From the IMG/VR virus record IMGVR_UViG_3300045988_178671, positions 1 to 63,082 of that record: DNA of 63,082 nucleotides; one strand, written 5' to 3'. The stretch is from a virus. The position numbers and the translations under genes were made by a program. The notes beneath the pieces were generated by a model, which saw nothing but the letters and a program-made list of their open reading frames with translations, did not search any database and was not told where the DNA came from. The stretch's first letter is position 1. Each line of letters begins with the position of its first letter. Shown here piece after piece: positions 44,036-56,500 of the stretch.

Positions 44036-44635
44036 ATGGCAAACGACATTTCTAAAACCGCTATCATTAATTTGGCCTTGGCCAACTTGGGGCAAAAACT
44101 GGTACACGACGATGCCGAGGAGACCAATACCGCCCGCACGGCACGGCTGATGTACGATTTTGTACGCCGCAATTTACTGCGCGCCCACGACTGGGCTTTT
44201 GCCTTGCGCTGGGCCGATTTGGCCGCACGCGATGTGGAAACACCCGACCTTAAACTGCCGTATGTGTTTGCCCTGCCGGCAGACTGTATTTTTGTTAAGA
44301 AAATTTCTTACAAAGACGTGCCCCCTTGCCACCAAATCCCCTATACCCTCTTTTATGACAACCAGGGCAATAAACTGGTGGCGTGCCCCTACGGCGGTGC
44401 GCGGGTCTGCTATGTGGCGGATGTGGAAAATACGGCCGTATTTGACCCCTCTTTTGTGGCCTGCTTTGCGCTGCTCTTAGCGGCGGAACTGGCCGTACCG
44501 ATAACAGGCGACAGCCAACTGGCGCAACTGATGCTTGCCAAATACCAAAGCAAACTGGACGAAGCGCGGCAGACCAACAAAATTGAACAGTTTGAAATGC
44601 CCGAAAAGACCAGTGCCTTTGTGGAGGTGCGCTAA
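44036..44635 (+). CDS. Tail tubular protein A (T7 gp11-like), about 199 aa
   Basis: Start moved to MANDISKTAI (RBS present; the hairpin lies inside the upstream extension). Size and N-terminal pattern resemble gp11. Confidence 0.5.
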   Translation: MANDISKTAIINLALANLGQKLVHDDAEETNTARTARLMYDFVRRNLLRAHDWAFALRWADLAARDVETPDLKLPYVFALPADCIFVKKISYKDVPPCHQIPYTLFYDNQGNKLVACPYGGARVCYVADVENTAVFDPSFVACFALLLAAELAVPITGDSQLAQLMLAKYQSKLDEARQTNKIEQFEMPEKTSAFVEVR

Positions 44636-47600
44636 TGCCTGTACACATTTTACAACCCACGCTAAACGGCGGCGTGGCCGCACCAGGGCTGTGGCGCCGG
44701 GTGGACCAGCAGAAATTTTCCACCTGGTTGCGCGAGTGCGTAAACTATTACGTTTATCCGCAAGGTGGCGCGGCTAACCGGCCCGGCACTATAATGCTGG
44801 CCACGGTTAAGAAAACGCCCTACACCTATGAGGCCCCCATGACGCTTTACGCGTGGGGTATGAGCGGGTATGAACAGACCCAAGGGGTGTATTACACTGA
44901 ATCCGAAACGCCGCAGGCGGGCTGCCCGGTTTATAAAAATGACGAAAAAACACCCTCTTTGAGCGCGACGTCCTTTGATTTGCAGGCCAACCCCGCTACC
45001 ATGACGATAACGGACGGCTCTTTGACCTGGACCGTCCTGCGCCAGCCCACGTGGGACCAAGAACGAACCGTACAAAAAACCGCTTACCAAACCAAAAAAG
45101 CACGTTTGCTGCCGTTTGTATTTTCTAAGACACAAGCCTACTCGCTGGAACTGGGCGCGGGATATATCCGCTTTTTTAATTCAGACGGCCAATTATTAGA
45201 CCAGCACCATTTGGTGTATGAGGTAGAAACCGATTTGGCCGAAGCAGACTTGAAAGATTTGTATTATTGCCAAAGCGCTGATGTGATGTATTTTGCCCGC
45301 AACGGCAAACGCCCCAAACAGTTGGAACGCTACGGCCATACGGATTGGAAATTTTCCGACTATGTTTTTTTGTATGGGCCGATGAAACTGGCCAACAAAG
45401 ACGACGGACTTAAAATCTCGGCCGTGTATAACCAAAACTTGGCCAAGTTTTATTTAACGTGTGCCAATGATGTATTTTCGGCCGGCGATGTGGGCGCGTG
45501 GTGGAAGTTGAAACACCGTCTGCGGGCCGTAAACTTTGCCCCACAATACACCACACAACAAAACACCTTGTCAGACGCTATGCTGGTAAGCGGTGAACTG
45601 ACCGTACAAACCACCGGCACATGGGGCGGACAGGTGGAACTGCAATATTCCGCCGACCCCAAAGACGAAAATTCTTGGCTCCCCCTACACACGATAAGCA
45701 GTATTATGTACCACGACCAAGCCGCCGACCAAGACGTAAACAGTTTTAACGCCAATGACGTGGTATCCGTGCCGGCCGGGCTATGGTGGATCCGGGTAAA
45801 ACCGAGCGTAAACAATGGCCGTTGCTACCTGCGCCTGGACTGCGAAGCGCAGGAAGTGGATATTTTTTACAAAATAAGCGAGTTTATCTCGCCTATCAAA
45901 GTGGCGGCGGAACTGGTAAATAACACCAAAGATTTGGAAATGTATTTTTCCACGGGCCGGGAATACAAAGACTGCATCCCCGTATTCACCTCTGCTACCG
46001 CGCCCGCCGGCACATTTACCAGTTTGCAGGCTGATGCCTGGCACGCCTTGGACGGCACCACGGACACCTATGCCGAAGTGCCCAAGGACGGTAGTTTGGG
46101 CTTTACCTATACCTTTCCGGCCGCAGTAGTCATTACATCCATATCCGTGCTGGGCTATGGGATAGACGAACCTTTTATTGCCAGCGGGGTTTCCGGTGAT
46201 GATACCCAATTTTTGACTTATGACGACGCCAAGGCCTTTAATATCCGCAGTGAAGAACGCGGCAAAAGCGTATGTTTTACCGCCGGCGGACAAGAACGCA
46301 CCAACACGTGGCGGATTTTACACATTAACCCACAGGTGGCCAGCAGTATTACGCTGGGGATTAACAACGGCAAAACGAAAGATAAATACCTGGTGTCTTT
46401 TGTAGTGCGCGGCTACGATTACGAAGCCGGAAAAGAAATTACCATTAACGCCACCAGCGAGTGGAGCGAGGGCGCTTGGAGCACCAAAAACGGTTGGCCC
46501 GCCAGCGTTTGCCAGCACGGCGGCCGCTTGGTGTGGGGCCAAAATGACGGTGTACAGGGTACGCGCATTGGCGATAATCACTCTTTTGCCCTGTCGTCGC
46601 CGTTGGAGGACAGCGACGCAGTATCCACCACGCTCAAAGACGAGGGTGTCAACGCCATTAATGCCTTAGTCAGCATGAAGAGTTTGGTGGCCTTTACGGC
46701 GGGTGGCGTATTTGCCTCTAACGCGGGCGTGATGACCCCCACCGATGCCGGAATGCCCAAACAGTCGGCCGAGGGCGGCGCTAACGTGCGCCCGGCGGTT
46801 ATCGGTTCGCGCGTGCTGTATGCCCTGCCCAAACGGACCAAATTGCGCGACAGTGCGTATGATTATTCTACCGACGCTTTTCACGGCGACAACCTGTGCT
46901 ATATTGCCGCCCACTTATTTGATAACGATAAAATCTTGGAAATGGCTTACCAACAAGAGCCGGACGGGCTTTTGTGGGTGCTTATGGAAAGCGGTAAACT
47001 GCTGTGCCTGACCTATGTGCACGCGGAAAATGTCTGCTCGTGGACGGAAATGGAAACGGATGGACGGGTGGAGAGCATTTGCTGCATACCGGGCCAAGGG
47101 CGCGACGAATTATTTTTAATCGTCAACCGTGACGGCACGCGCTATGTGGAAAAAATGGCAGACCGTTTGGCAAGCAAAGAGCCGGCGGAACAATACTTTG
47201 TGGACTGCGGCCGCACCTACCGAGGCGAGCCCACTACTGCGGTAAGCGGGCTGGATTATTTAGAGGGCAAAGAGGTATCCATTTTGGCAGACGGACAAGT
47301 AATGCCCCGCCAAACGGTACAAAACGGACAAATTACGCTTTCCGCGCCCGCCAGCGTGGTGCACGTGGGGTTGCCTTATACGGCGCGCCTGCGCACGTTA
47401 AGCGGGGATATCAACACAGACAGCGGCAGCGTACTGGCCAAAAAGAAACGCATTACCGGGGCGTTGGTTTGCGTGGTGGACAGCCGCAACGCCCGCGTAG
47501 GCACGGACCCGGACCATATGGAAACCTGGAACCCGGAAAAGCCACTTGCCTATAACACCGGGAAAGAATTAGTTAGCGAAGACATCCGCTTCACCTTTGC

Positions 47601-47703
47601 GGGGCAATATGAGCAAATGCCCAGCGTGATAGTGGAGCAGCGGGACCCGCTCCCGTTAATGATAACGGCTATTGTGCCGTGTGTAACGGTGGGTAATTTA
47701 TGA
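44635..47703 (+). CDS. Tail tubular protein B (T7 gp12-like), 1022 aa
   Basis: Large beta-rich protein following the gp11-like gene; coupled overlap. Confidence 0.5.
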   Translation: MPVHILQPTLNGGVAAPGLWRRVDQQKFSTWLRECVNYYVYPQGGAANRPGTIMLATVKKTPYTYEAPMTLYAWGMSGYEQTQGVYYTESETPQAGCPVYKNDEKTPSLSATSFDLQANPATMTITDGSLTWTVLRQPTWDQERTVQKTAYQTKKARLLPFVFSKTQAYSLELGAGYIRFFNSDGQLLDQHHLVYEVETDLAEADLKDLYYCQSADVMYFARNGKRPKQLERYGHTDWKFSDYVFLYGPMKLANKDDGLKISAVYNQNLAKFYLTCANDVFSAGDVGAWWKLKHRLRAVNFAPQYTTQQNTLSDAMLVSGELTVQTTGTWGGQVELQYSADPKDENSWLPLHTISSIMYHDQAADQDVNSFNANDVVSVPAGLWWIRVKPSVNNGRCYLRLDCEAQEVDIFYKISEFISPIKVAAELVNNTKDLEMYFSTGREYKDCIPVFTSATAPAGTFTSLQADAWHALDGTTDTYAEVPKDGSLGFTYTFPAAVVITSISVLGYGIDEPFIASGVSGDDTQFLTYDDAKAFNIRSEERGKSVCFTAGGQERTNTWRILHINPQVASSITLGINNGKTKDKYLVSFVVRGYDYEAGKEITINATSEWSEGAWSTKNGWPASVCQHGGRLVWGQNDGVQGTRIGDNHSFALSSPLEDSDAVSTTLKDEGVNAINALVSMKSLVAFTAGGVFASNAGVMTPTDAGMPKQSAEGGANVRPAVIGSRVLYALPKRTKLRDSAYDYSTDAFHGDNLCYIAAHLFDNDKILEMAYQQEPDGLLWVLMESGKLLCLTYVHAENVCSWTEMETDGRVESICCIPGQGRDELFLIVNRDGTRYVEKMADRLASKEPAEQYFVDCGRTYRGEPTTAVSGLDYLEGKEVSILADGQVMPRQTVQNGQITLSAPASVVHVGLPYTARLRTLSGDINTDSGSVLAKKKRITGALVCVVDSRNARVGTDPDHMETWNPEKPLAYNTGKELVSEDIRFTFAGQYEQMPSVIVEQRDPLPLMITAIVPCVTVGNL

Positions 47704-48158
47704 TAACCATTGAAAGGACCAAAGACGAACACATCCGATTTGTTTCGGCGCGCCTGCGTAAGGGCGACAAATTGGAACTGGAACACGCCGGAAGAAAGGA
47801 TTATCAAGCGGCGGTAAAAGAAAGCGTGGCCGTAAGCCCGTTTGCTTTTACGGCCCTGCACAATGGGGTGCCTATGTGTTTGTTTGGCCTACGGCCAGAC
47901 GGGTTGCTGTCCCGCCGGGCACGGGTGTGGCTGCTAGGCACAGGCGAAATAAATACCACCAAAAAAGACTTTGTGATAACCTGCCGCGCGGTGCTGAACG
48001 GCCTCTTGGATATTTATCCGGAACTATACAACGCAGTAGATGACGGGTATCCGCAAGCCAAGCGGCTGCTTCAATTTTTGGGGGCTCGGTTTACCCGGAA
48101 GGTATTTGCCAAAACCGGGCAGCCCTTTATTTTGTTTGAAATACGGAGGAATCAATAA
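47700..48158 (+). CDS. Internal virion protein (gp13-like), 152 aa
   Basis: T7-like gene order and size. Confidence 0.4.
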   Translation: MITIERTKDEHIRFVSARLRKGDKLELEHAGRKDYQAAVKESVAVSPFAFTALHNGVPMCLFGLRPDGLLSRRARVWLLGTGEINTTKKDFVITCRAVLNGLLDIYPELYNAVDDGYPQAKRLLQFLGARFTRKVFAKTGQPFILFEIRRNQ

Positions 48159-48766
48159 TGTGTACTGCCAACAACGCTGCCGCCAAAGGCGCGGCCGCTA
48201 CGCAAACGAAAACACCGTTTTATAAGAACCCACAATTTTGGCGCGGTGCCGGGACGGGCCTTGCCATAGGCAGCGGGATTATGGATGCCTCGTCCGCCCT
48301 TTCCAGCGGGCGTGCTGCGGCCGCCAAATACAATGCCCAGGCGTTTGCCGAAGAAAGCCAAGCGGCTTTGGACGAACAGACGGCCGCACGGCAGACTACG
48401 TACGATTTACAGCAGGCGGCCGATCAGGTAAAACAGGTCCGCCGGGCAGGGCGCCAAACCTACGGCAAGCAACTGGCCGCCGCCGTAGCCAGCGGAATGG
48501 ATTTGGCCAGCGGGTCTTTTGAAGATACCGTAAATGACAGTTTGCGCGCGGAGCAGGAAGATATGGAGTATCTTAAACGCACCGTATCTACCCGCGCCAG
48601 CGAACGGGCCTTGCAGGCACAATTAAACACCCTTACGGCCAAAGGGCAAGCCGAGCAAATGCGCATTGCCGGACGGGCCGCCAAAAAGGCTGCACGGCTT
48701 AATAGTTATTCTTCGCTGTTATCTACCGCGGCCAGCGTGGCCGGGATGTGGGGAGGCGCTAAATGA
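48158..48766 (+). CDS. Internal virion protein A (gp14-like), 202 aa
   Basis: T7-like gene order and size; Ala/Gln-rich helical. Confidence 0.4.
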   Translation: MCTANNAAAKGAAATQTKTPFYKNPQFWRGAGTGLAIGSGIMDASSALSSGRAAAAKYNAQAFAEESQAALDEQTAARQTTYDLQQAADQVKQVRRAGRQTYGKQLAAAVASGMDLASGSFEDTVNDSLRAEQEDMEYLKRTVSTRASERALQAQLNTLTAKGQAEQMRIAGRAAKKAARLNSYSSLLSTAASVAGMWGGAK

Positions 48767-50577
48767 AAGTACCGCAATATGAAAACCGGGTAGCCCCCGG
48801 ATCCATTACCGCCGCACGGCCGCAAGCGGTTACACCTGTGGCCGGCGCCTTTGGCGAAAGCGTGGCCGCCGCCGGCAAAAATGTGGCCCAAGGAATAGAC
48901 CGTATGGCCGCCGCTATGGACAACGCGGCCAACCGCTTGGCCGTCCGCCAGCGCAACCTGCGCACGACGGCCGCCATTTTGAACTGGCGCAAGGACAATG
49001 ACGAACTGTTAAACGGCAAACTGGGCGACGACGGAAAACGTATTGACGGCGGGCTACTCAGCAAGGAATACGGCCAAGCCGACACCATTGCCGCCGATTA
49101 CCAAACCAAGGGGCAAGAACTAATGAAAAAATACTTGGATATGGCCCCCACCGATGATGAACGCGAAGAACTGGCGTTGGAGTTTCAAAAGGACTTTCAA
49201 AATAATTTTGACACCGTGGCACGCTACCAGTTAAAACAACAGCGCGCCCAAGGCGACTTGCTGACGGATGCCTACAAAAAACAGCAGGCGGGCCTGGCCG
49301 GAGCGATCACCACCGTCGCAGGCATGCGCGCCAATTTGGACGATACGTATAAGAAGTCCAATGAAAACGCCACGGCCGCCGGCGTGCCGCCGCAAGCGCA
49401 GGCTTTGCTGCGCTTTGATATTGCGCGCGACAACGTATCGGCCGCGGTGAAAGGGAGCATTATCAACGGTAACCTGTCCGCCGCCCGCCAAGTATTGGAC
49501 GGAGTAAAGGACGATTTATTGCCCGACGATTACAACCAGTTAAATAACTTTATTAAAAAGGCCGAACAAACCCAAGTACAGGGCACCAAAAGCGAACGCT
49601 TGGGCCCGCTTTATGAGCGCGCCTTGCTTATGGCCGAAACCGAGCCCGAAAAATTGCAAGAAGAAATTGTCGGGCTGATGCGCAACCCCGCCAGTGCGCT
49701 TACCCAATACAGCCAAAACTTTGGCCCGTTGGATGCCAAGGGGCTTTTGGAATACGGCAAATGGGTGCAAAACAATTTGTTAGACAGCCCGGACACGCGT
49801 TCCGGGCGAATAAAACAGGCCAACTGGCAGGCGCACGAGAGCGGCTTTAACGCTTTTGAGTGGAAAATAAAAAGCGGAAAGGACCCAAAAATTGGCAACA
49901 AGGATATGAACAACCCGCAAACCGTGCTGGCCGCCATTGGTGCGCTTTCGGGCCAAATTGCCCACCACGACTTTGACGGCGAGGACCTAAAAAAGGCCGA
50001 AAAACAGTTGTCCCAACTGCGTCAGGCGCTGGGCACTATGGATATAAAAGCCAATGATACGGCTTTGGGCGAAATTGTACGGCAGGCTAATTTGCTTTCC
50101 GACGGAGCAGAAAAACGTGCGGAAACCGGCACTACCACCCGCCTGGCTCCGCTGGAAGTGGAAGGAATTTCCTTACTGAACGACCGCGAAGTAAAGAACT
50201 ATGAAAATTACCCCGTGGGCGGATTTTTAACCCCGGAAGAAAAGAGCCTTATTATAGAGCAAGCCGCCCAATTTTTACAAGCGGCCAATGTCAATTTGCT
50301 GGCCGAGGATACCAACACCCGCACCCAAGCGGTGGCCGCCGTGCAAACCGTGGCGCGCGATTATGTACGCAGTAAATTTGCCATAAACCGGGACGACGTA
50401 ATGGACGTGCAGGTGGGTGAGAATACCTTTAAGTCTTACGGTATTAAGCCTAATCCCCGTTTGGGTGCTGACGTAAAAAGCCGCTTGGACGGCTACCGCT
50501 ACCAAGAAGAAAACGGCGCCGCGTATTTGATTAAACGCGATAAAAACAACAAAGAATTACACAGGCAACTTTTATGA
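48763..50577 (+). CDS. Internal virion protein B (gp15-like), 604 aa
   Basis: T7-like gene order; helical. Confidence 0.4.
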   Translation: MKVPQYENRVAPGSITAARPQAVTPVAGAFGESVAAAGKNVAQGIDRMAAAMDNAANRLAVRQRNLRTTAAILNWRKDNDELLNGKLGDDGKRIDGGLLSKEYGQADTIAADYQTKGQELMKKYLDMAPTDDEREELALEFQKDFQNNFDTVARYQLKQQRAQGDLLTDAYKKQQAGLAGAITTVAGMRANLDDTYKKSNENATAAGVPPQAQALLRFDIARDNVSAAVKGSIINGNLSAARQVLDGVKDDLLPDDYNQLNNFIKKAEQTQVQGTKSERLGPLYERALLMAETEPEKLQEEIVGLMRNPASALTQYSQNFGPLDAKGLLEYGKWVQNNLLDSPDTRSGRIKQANWQAHESGFNAFEWKIKSGKDPKIGNKDMNNPQTVLAAIGALSGQIAHHDFDGEDLKKAEKQLSQLRQALGTMDIKANDTALGEIVRQANLLSDGAEKRAETGTTTRLAPLEVEGISLLNDREVKNYENYPVGGFLTPEEKSLIIEQAAQFLQAANVNLLAEDTNTRTQAVAAVQTVARDYVRSKFAINRDDVMDVQVGENTFKSYGIKPNPRLGADVKSRLDGYRYQEENGAAYLIKRDKNNKELHRQLL

Positions 50578-53500
50578 ACGAACAAGAACAAACCGCTAAA
50601 ACCCCTTTAACTGCCCCCGCACCGCTTGCCACTTTGGAGCCGGAGCGCAGAAGCGTATATTTGCCCAAGGAAAACTTAATTGTAAATACCTCCTTGCGCC
50701 GCGCGCAGGACTTACAATTTGCCATTGAGACCGAACTGCGCAACAAAAATAAAGACAATTATTTTGCCTACCAGCGTTTGGACGAAAGCATCCCCGATAC
50801 GACCCACCGCTGGTGGAAAACCCCTTACCGCGCGGTGGCCAATGCGGGTGTGTCTATGTGGCAGTCGGGCGAGCGCCTTATGGCGGGCGGCATCGGCGCC
50901 ATACTGGACGAATACGAATACAGCAAGGCTGCGCGCGCGACCAGCCGCAAATACGCCCAGCAGGCCGAGGAATTAAACCAAGGAGCCTTGGCCGTGCCCG
51001 GGGCGCAAACCCTGGATAAACGAAAAAAGGACCTCTACGATGCGTATTTGGCGGAACTGCACCAAATCCGTCAAGATTATGAGCACAACCGCAAATTGGG
51101 GCGGGATGCCTTGCTGGTGATGAGCAAAAATAACGCCAAATTCCGCGAACTAGCCGGCATTGAAAAGAACGAAAAGGACGGCTTTCTGTACGATTTGTTT
51201 GGCGCCGGCGGCAGCCTTATGGCGGCCATTGGCCTTACGGTGCTGACAGGCAGCCCCGCGGCGGCCGCTATTGCCTTTGGCGCTACGGCCGGGCAGCAGG
51301 ACTATGAAGAGGCCTTGCAAAACGGCGTGGCCCCGGACCGGGCGTTACTCTCTGGCATTGCCGGCGGTGCGTTTGAGGGCGGCATTGAACTACTGGGTAT
51401 GGAAATGCTGTTTAAGAGTTTAACCAAAACGGGCGTATTGGGGCGTATTGCCGCCTCGGCTTTGAGTGAGGGCAGTGAAGAGGCCGCCCAGCAAACCGCT
51501 GAGGAAATTATTATGCAGCACTTTGGCGGCCGCCAGCAGGACCTGGCCGACACCTTACAGGGTATTGGGTATTCGTTTGTTATTGGCTCTTTAACGGCTG
51601 TGCCTGTGGCTACGTTGGTAAACCGCGCGAGCAAAAAACTGCAAGACAAGGGCATTAAAAAAGAAACGGCCGACAAAATGGCCCTGAATATGGCCAAGGC
51701 AACGGCTACGCCGGAAAATAACGCGCAAGTGCATAAGATTTTATCCAACGCCACGAGCCCGCTTGTTTACCCCAATGGAGATGTGGAACAAGGGGCCCAG
51801 GCGTTTAAGGAGTCTGTTGATAAGGCACGCAACCCGGACAGGGAAACCACCCGCAAAATGTATGAGGTGGCGGAACGCACGGAGCAAAAAGCCTTGGCCG
51901 CCGGCTACGATACGGACAGCGCGGCACTGCTGGGCAACCTGGAACAAAGCCGCGCCAATAGCGTGCTGAACGTGGCGGGCCTGAAACCGGGCGAGTTTGA
52001 AATGACGGAAGTGGATTTTGAAAACGCCCCCGTGCAAGACAATACCGAAGCCGTGCAGTCCTCCGTGGCCGCCCAGCGCGAACAATGGAAGCGCGAATAC
52101 GAGGAACAACAAGCGCGCAAAGCGCAAGAGCAAGCGACCGCCAATGAGGAATTTGACCGCAAACTGGCGGAAGCCAACTTACAACCAGAAGATATTTTGT
52201 TTCAATCTGCCGCTATGTATAAGAACAAGGCTAATTCTTTGGTAGAGTTCAAAGATTTTGCCGTAAACAACAAAGGAAACAAACAAGAAGATAATAAAAG
52301 TTTCTACCGTTTTACAAACAAAGACGGGGTACAAATTGATGTACCGTTTGAGTGGGCTTTACACATTAAAGAAAAACACCATTTAACCGACCAACAACTG
52401 GATGTAGCGGAAAAGGAACTAAACAACGCAGAGTATGCCGTTCTTATGCCGGATGTCGGGGAATATCAAGGCAAGCAGGTAAAAATAAAAGTAAATACTT
52501 CTTTGGGCAAAATGGGTGCAGTTTTAGAAATTTTGCCCAATGGGCGCGTTTTCTTGGATACTGCTTTTTTTGACAGCGACGCCCATATAGATAATTGGGC
52601 AAAAGAAAACCACCCCAATGCGCCTAGCAAAAAGCCGGTGTTCATTGGCGGTGGTACTATTAGTATAGCGGATATTATGCGAGAAATCAAGGGGAATAAG
52701 AGCGGAACCTTTGACAGCGCTAACCCAAATATCTATCTGCAAGAGGATATTACCGCGGTAGATTTAACGGCTCCGTTTGCTGCCATTGCCAAATTGCCGG
52801 CAGACCAGCGCGCCCAACAAGTGGAATCTTTCTTGAATGCCCTTATCGGTCCTGCTATGGATACGGCTACCCCACCCTTGCAAATACAAATTACGGCAGA
52901 TAACAAGGTCCATATTAAAAACTCTAACGTAAAACTAAAAAATGGAAAATTAAAACGCCACCAAACCGCCCTGACCACATTGGAAAAAATTGTTAATGTG
53001 GCCCAAAAAACGGATAGAAAGGGCGCGGTGGACGTGTCCCATAATACCAGTAAAAAAACATTGGCTCATAAGGCTAATGTAGAAGAATATGTGTATTTCC
53101 AAGCCCCGGTAAAAATTGGAGAAGATACTTTTTTGGTGGAATTGGCTACGGAACGCGTAAAAGGGCAGGATAAAAATTTGTTAGACCTGTATAATGTACA
53201 CGTAAAAAGGAACCCTGCCACCGCGCATTTAAGCACTTACGGGCAGGGTTCCAGTACAGATAGGATAACTAATAACGAAGAATTTGTCAAGGCCCAAGAA
53301 AGCGGAAAGACAAACATCTATCTGAAAGAGGACATAGAAAACGTCCGCCCGAGCACTGCGGATATCTTCGGACCGGATGCCCAAACGGCAGAGCGGTTTA
53401 AGGAAAATGTAAAAACTGTATTGTCTGATGAAAACATATCCAACAAGCAACAGGTGGAAATGGGACAACTTCCGCCACTATACACAGAACTTGGCCTACC

Positions 53501-56500
53501 CCAACAGGAATTGAAAACCAATAAACTTGCCCTGCGTAAAGCCCTCGGGCTTTTAACTCCGCAGGAATTAGCAGAACATAAGGATTGGCATAATCATAAT
53601 GTGCCACAAGAAACGATAGATAATTTACCCGCGCTACTTTCTGACCCGGTGGCCGTGTTACGTTCCAACACTAAAAACGGAAGTTTTGTGGCGGTATTAG
53701 ATAGTGAAGTGCAGGGAAAGCCTGTGGTGGCTATTGTGTCGCCCAACCTTAGAAAAGGAGGATATACTTTTATCCCTTCCGTTTATGAAAGAAATAATTA
53801 CGAAACTTTTTTGAAAACGACAGCAGAAAAAGGAAATGTATTGTATTGGGATAAAAACAGAATGTCATTACCAGGGGCGCTTACGCGAGCCGCCATCATA
53901 GGTAACGACATTCTTATAGATAATATAACAACAAAAGAGGATGTTGTCAAGGCCCAAGAAAGCGGAAAAACAAATAATCCGTCTGAACTGTTGCAGGAAA
54001 ATTTATTTAATATCCAGCAAAACCTGTTTGATAAACAGCAGAGTTTGTTTGATACGCAGGTCAATGTGGAGGAACGGACCGCACTCACGCAAGAGGACAG
54101 CGAACTCAAAGAGACGGCAGACGGGCTTTTTAGCGAAGAAGAATTAAAACAGGACTTGCCGCCCTTTACCCCCACGGGCAAGCCCGAGCGCATAGAGGAT
54201 TTTGGCGAAAAGATTTTAGGGGCCCGCAAGGATATGTGGGGCAAGTACCGCGCCGCTATGACGAGCGAACTGCCCGCCGACGTGCGCAGTATTACGCTAT
54301 CCCAATACTTCCCGGAACCAAATTACGAAGCGGCCATAGCCAAGGGCATTACAACCGAACAACTGGCTATTGTAAAGGCTTTGCGCGACAGCCTGCCCGT
54401 TAAGCCGCAACGCCCCGCCCGCGCGGCCCAATGGGTAGAGGGCTTAAAGGCGGCGCGCGAAACGGCCAACCAAGTGCTGCAACATTCGGAAATGGTAAAC
54501 CTGTTCAAAGAAACAGACCAAACGGATGCTATCCACAACCGCGTGGCTTTTTACCTAGAACTGGGCTATCCGGCATTTACCAAGGCCAAGGAATACTCCT
54601 TGCGCCCGGGCAACTTTTTAATGTTTAACGGACAACGCTTTAATGAGCCCCAAAAGATATATTTACTGGAACGCGGATATAAACGGGTGGCCGGTTCGCA
54701 AAACCGGGCCGAAATGGTGGCCCTGGCCCGCAAAATGCTGGCGCAGTCGGCCGCGCCCGCCAAAGCACCTACCAAATTGGACGTCTATCAAAGGCGCGAC
54801 ACGGGCGAAATTATCATTGGCAAGAAAATTGCCACAGGCAAATTTATTGACTTAAAGGGCGGCTTTGAACGTGTAAAGGATGCGTTTGATTTTTTGACTA
54901 AAAACCAAGCGCATTTAGAAGCCCTTTTGGCCGAAAAGCGCAAAATTTACCCCGTCCGCCGCGACACCAACGCGCCGCGCGTGGGCAAGGAATACCGCCC
55001 GGCCGGAACGGTTATCACGCCGGAGCGGTTTAGCCAAGAGTTTGGCTTCCGCGGCGTACAGTTTGGCAACTGGGTGGAACAGGAACGCCGCGCGCAAGAC
55101 TTAAATAATGCTTATGATGCGCTGTTGGATATGGCAGATATTATCCGCATACCGGCCCGGGCGGTGTCTTTGGACGGCACACTGGGGCTGGCCTTTGGCG
55201 CACGCGGCAAAGCCAATGAACTGGCCCATTACGAACGCGACCAAGTGGTTATCAACTTAAATAAAAAGAACGGTGCGGGCAGTTTGGGCCACGAATGGTG
55301 GCACGCCTTGGATAACTATTTTAGCCGACAGGACGGGCAAAACGAAATGACCTCGGAAAACCCCAAGGCTAACAGCGCCTTGCGCCCGGAAATGAAAGAG
55401 GCTTACCAAGGTGTATTAAAAGCCATTACGGACACGTTTTACAGCCGTAGTGTAAACTTGGATAAATTGCGTTCAAAGCCCTATTGGAGTACCCGCACGG
55501 AAATGACCGCCCGCGCCTTTGAAAGTTATTTGATTTATAAGGCCAAGCAAGAGGGACACTCCAACGATTACTTGGCCAACATTGTAAACCCGGAGGCCTA
55601 TTTGGGCGGGAAAGAACGTTTCCCGTATCCGACCGATACGGAAATGCCCGCTATTGCGGCCGCGTTTGACCGCTTTTTTAACACGTTAAAAACGGCCGAA
55701 ACCCCGCGCGGCTATACGCTTTACGCGGAAAGCGAGGGCGACACGTCGTTTGATTTTGGCCAGAATGTGGCCCAGCCGGACTTTTTGGGGAAGGTGGTTT
55801 TTGCCCAAGACAGCAACCGCGCTATTATTGTAGCCAGCACTTCTGCCAATAAATCTACCGCCATTCACGAGTATTTCCATATTTGGGAACGCGACCTCTA
55901 CCGGGCGGAAAAAGCCAGCACAGACCCTGCGTTTTTGCAGTTGATGCAGAACCTGCGGCAAATCCACGCGGACAGCGCGCCCTTTGTAATGGAGTATTTG
56001 GGCAAAACCAAACTGCTAAACGATACCGCCCGCGCCCGCGTTTTACAAACCATTAAAGAGCGCGGCGGGAACGAATACATCAAACGCCTGGCGTTTAGTG
56101 ATGTGTTAGACGAAAACGACACAACCGCCCAATTTGTACGCCGCGGGTTTAGGGAAAACTTTGCCACCAAGGCCGAAAAATACTTCCAAAACGGCAAAGC
56201 CCCTAACGCGACCTACAAAAACCTGTTTGAAAAATTTGCCGCCTGGCTGCGCGAGATTTACGGCTCCTTAACGGGTGTGGAACTTTCGCCCGAGGTGCAG
56301 GAGTTCTTTGATAAACTCTTGGCCAAAGAGGCCCGCCGCGTGGACAGTAAACTGTTTACGGGTAAGGTGGATAAATTAAAACAACAAATTAACAACATCC
56401 GCCAAGGCAGCCCGCGGGGCGATTTTACATTGGAACAAATTAAAGACCTCGTCAATACATTAGATGCGCCCGCGCCCAAACTGCCCACGAATCATTTGCT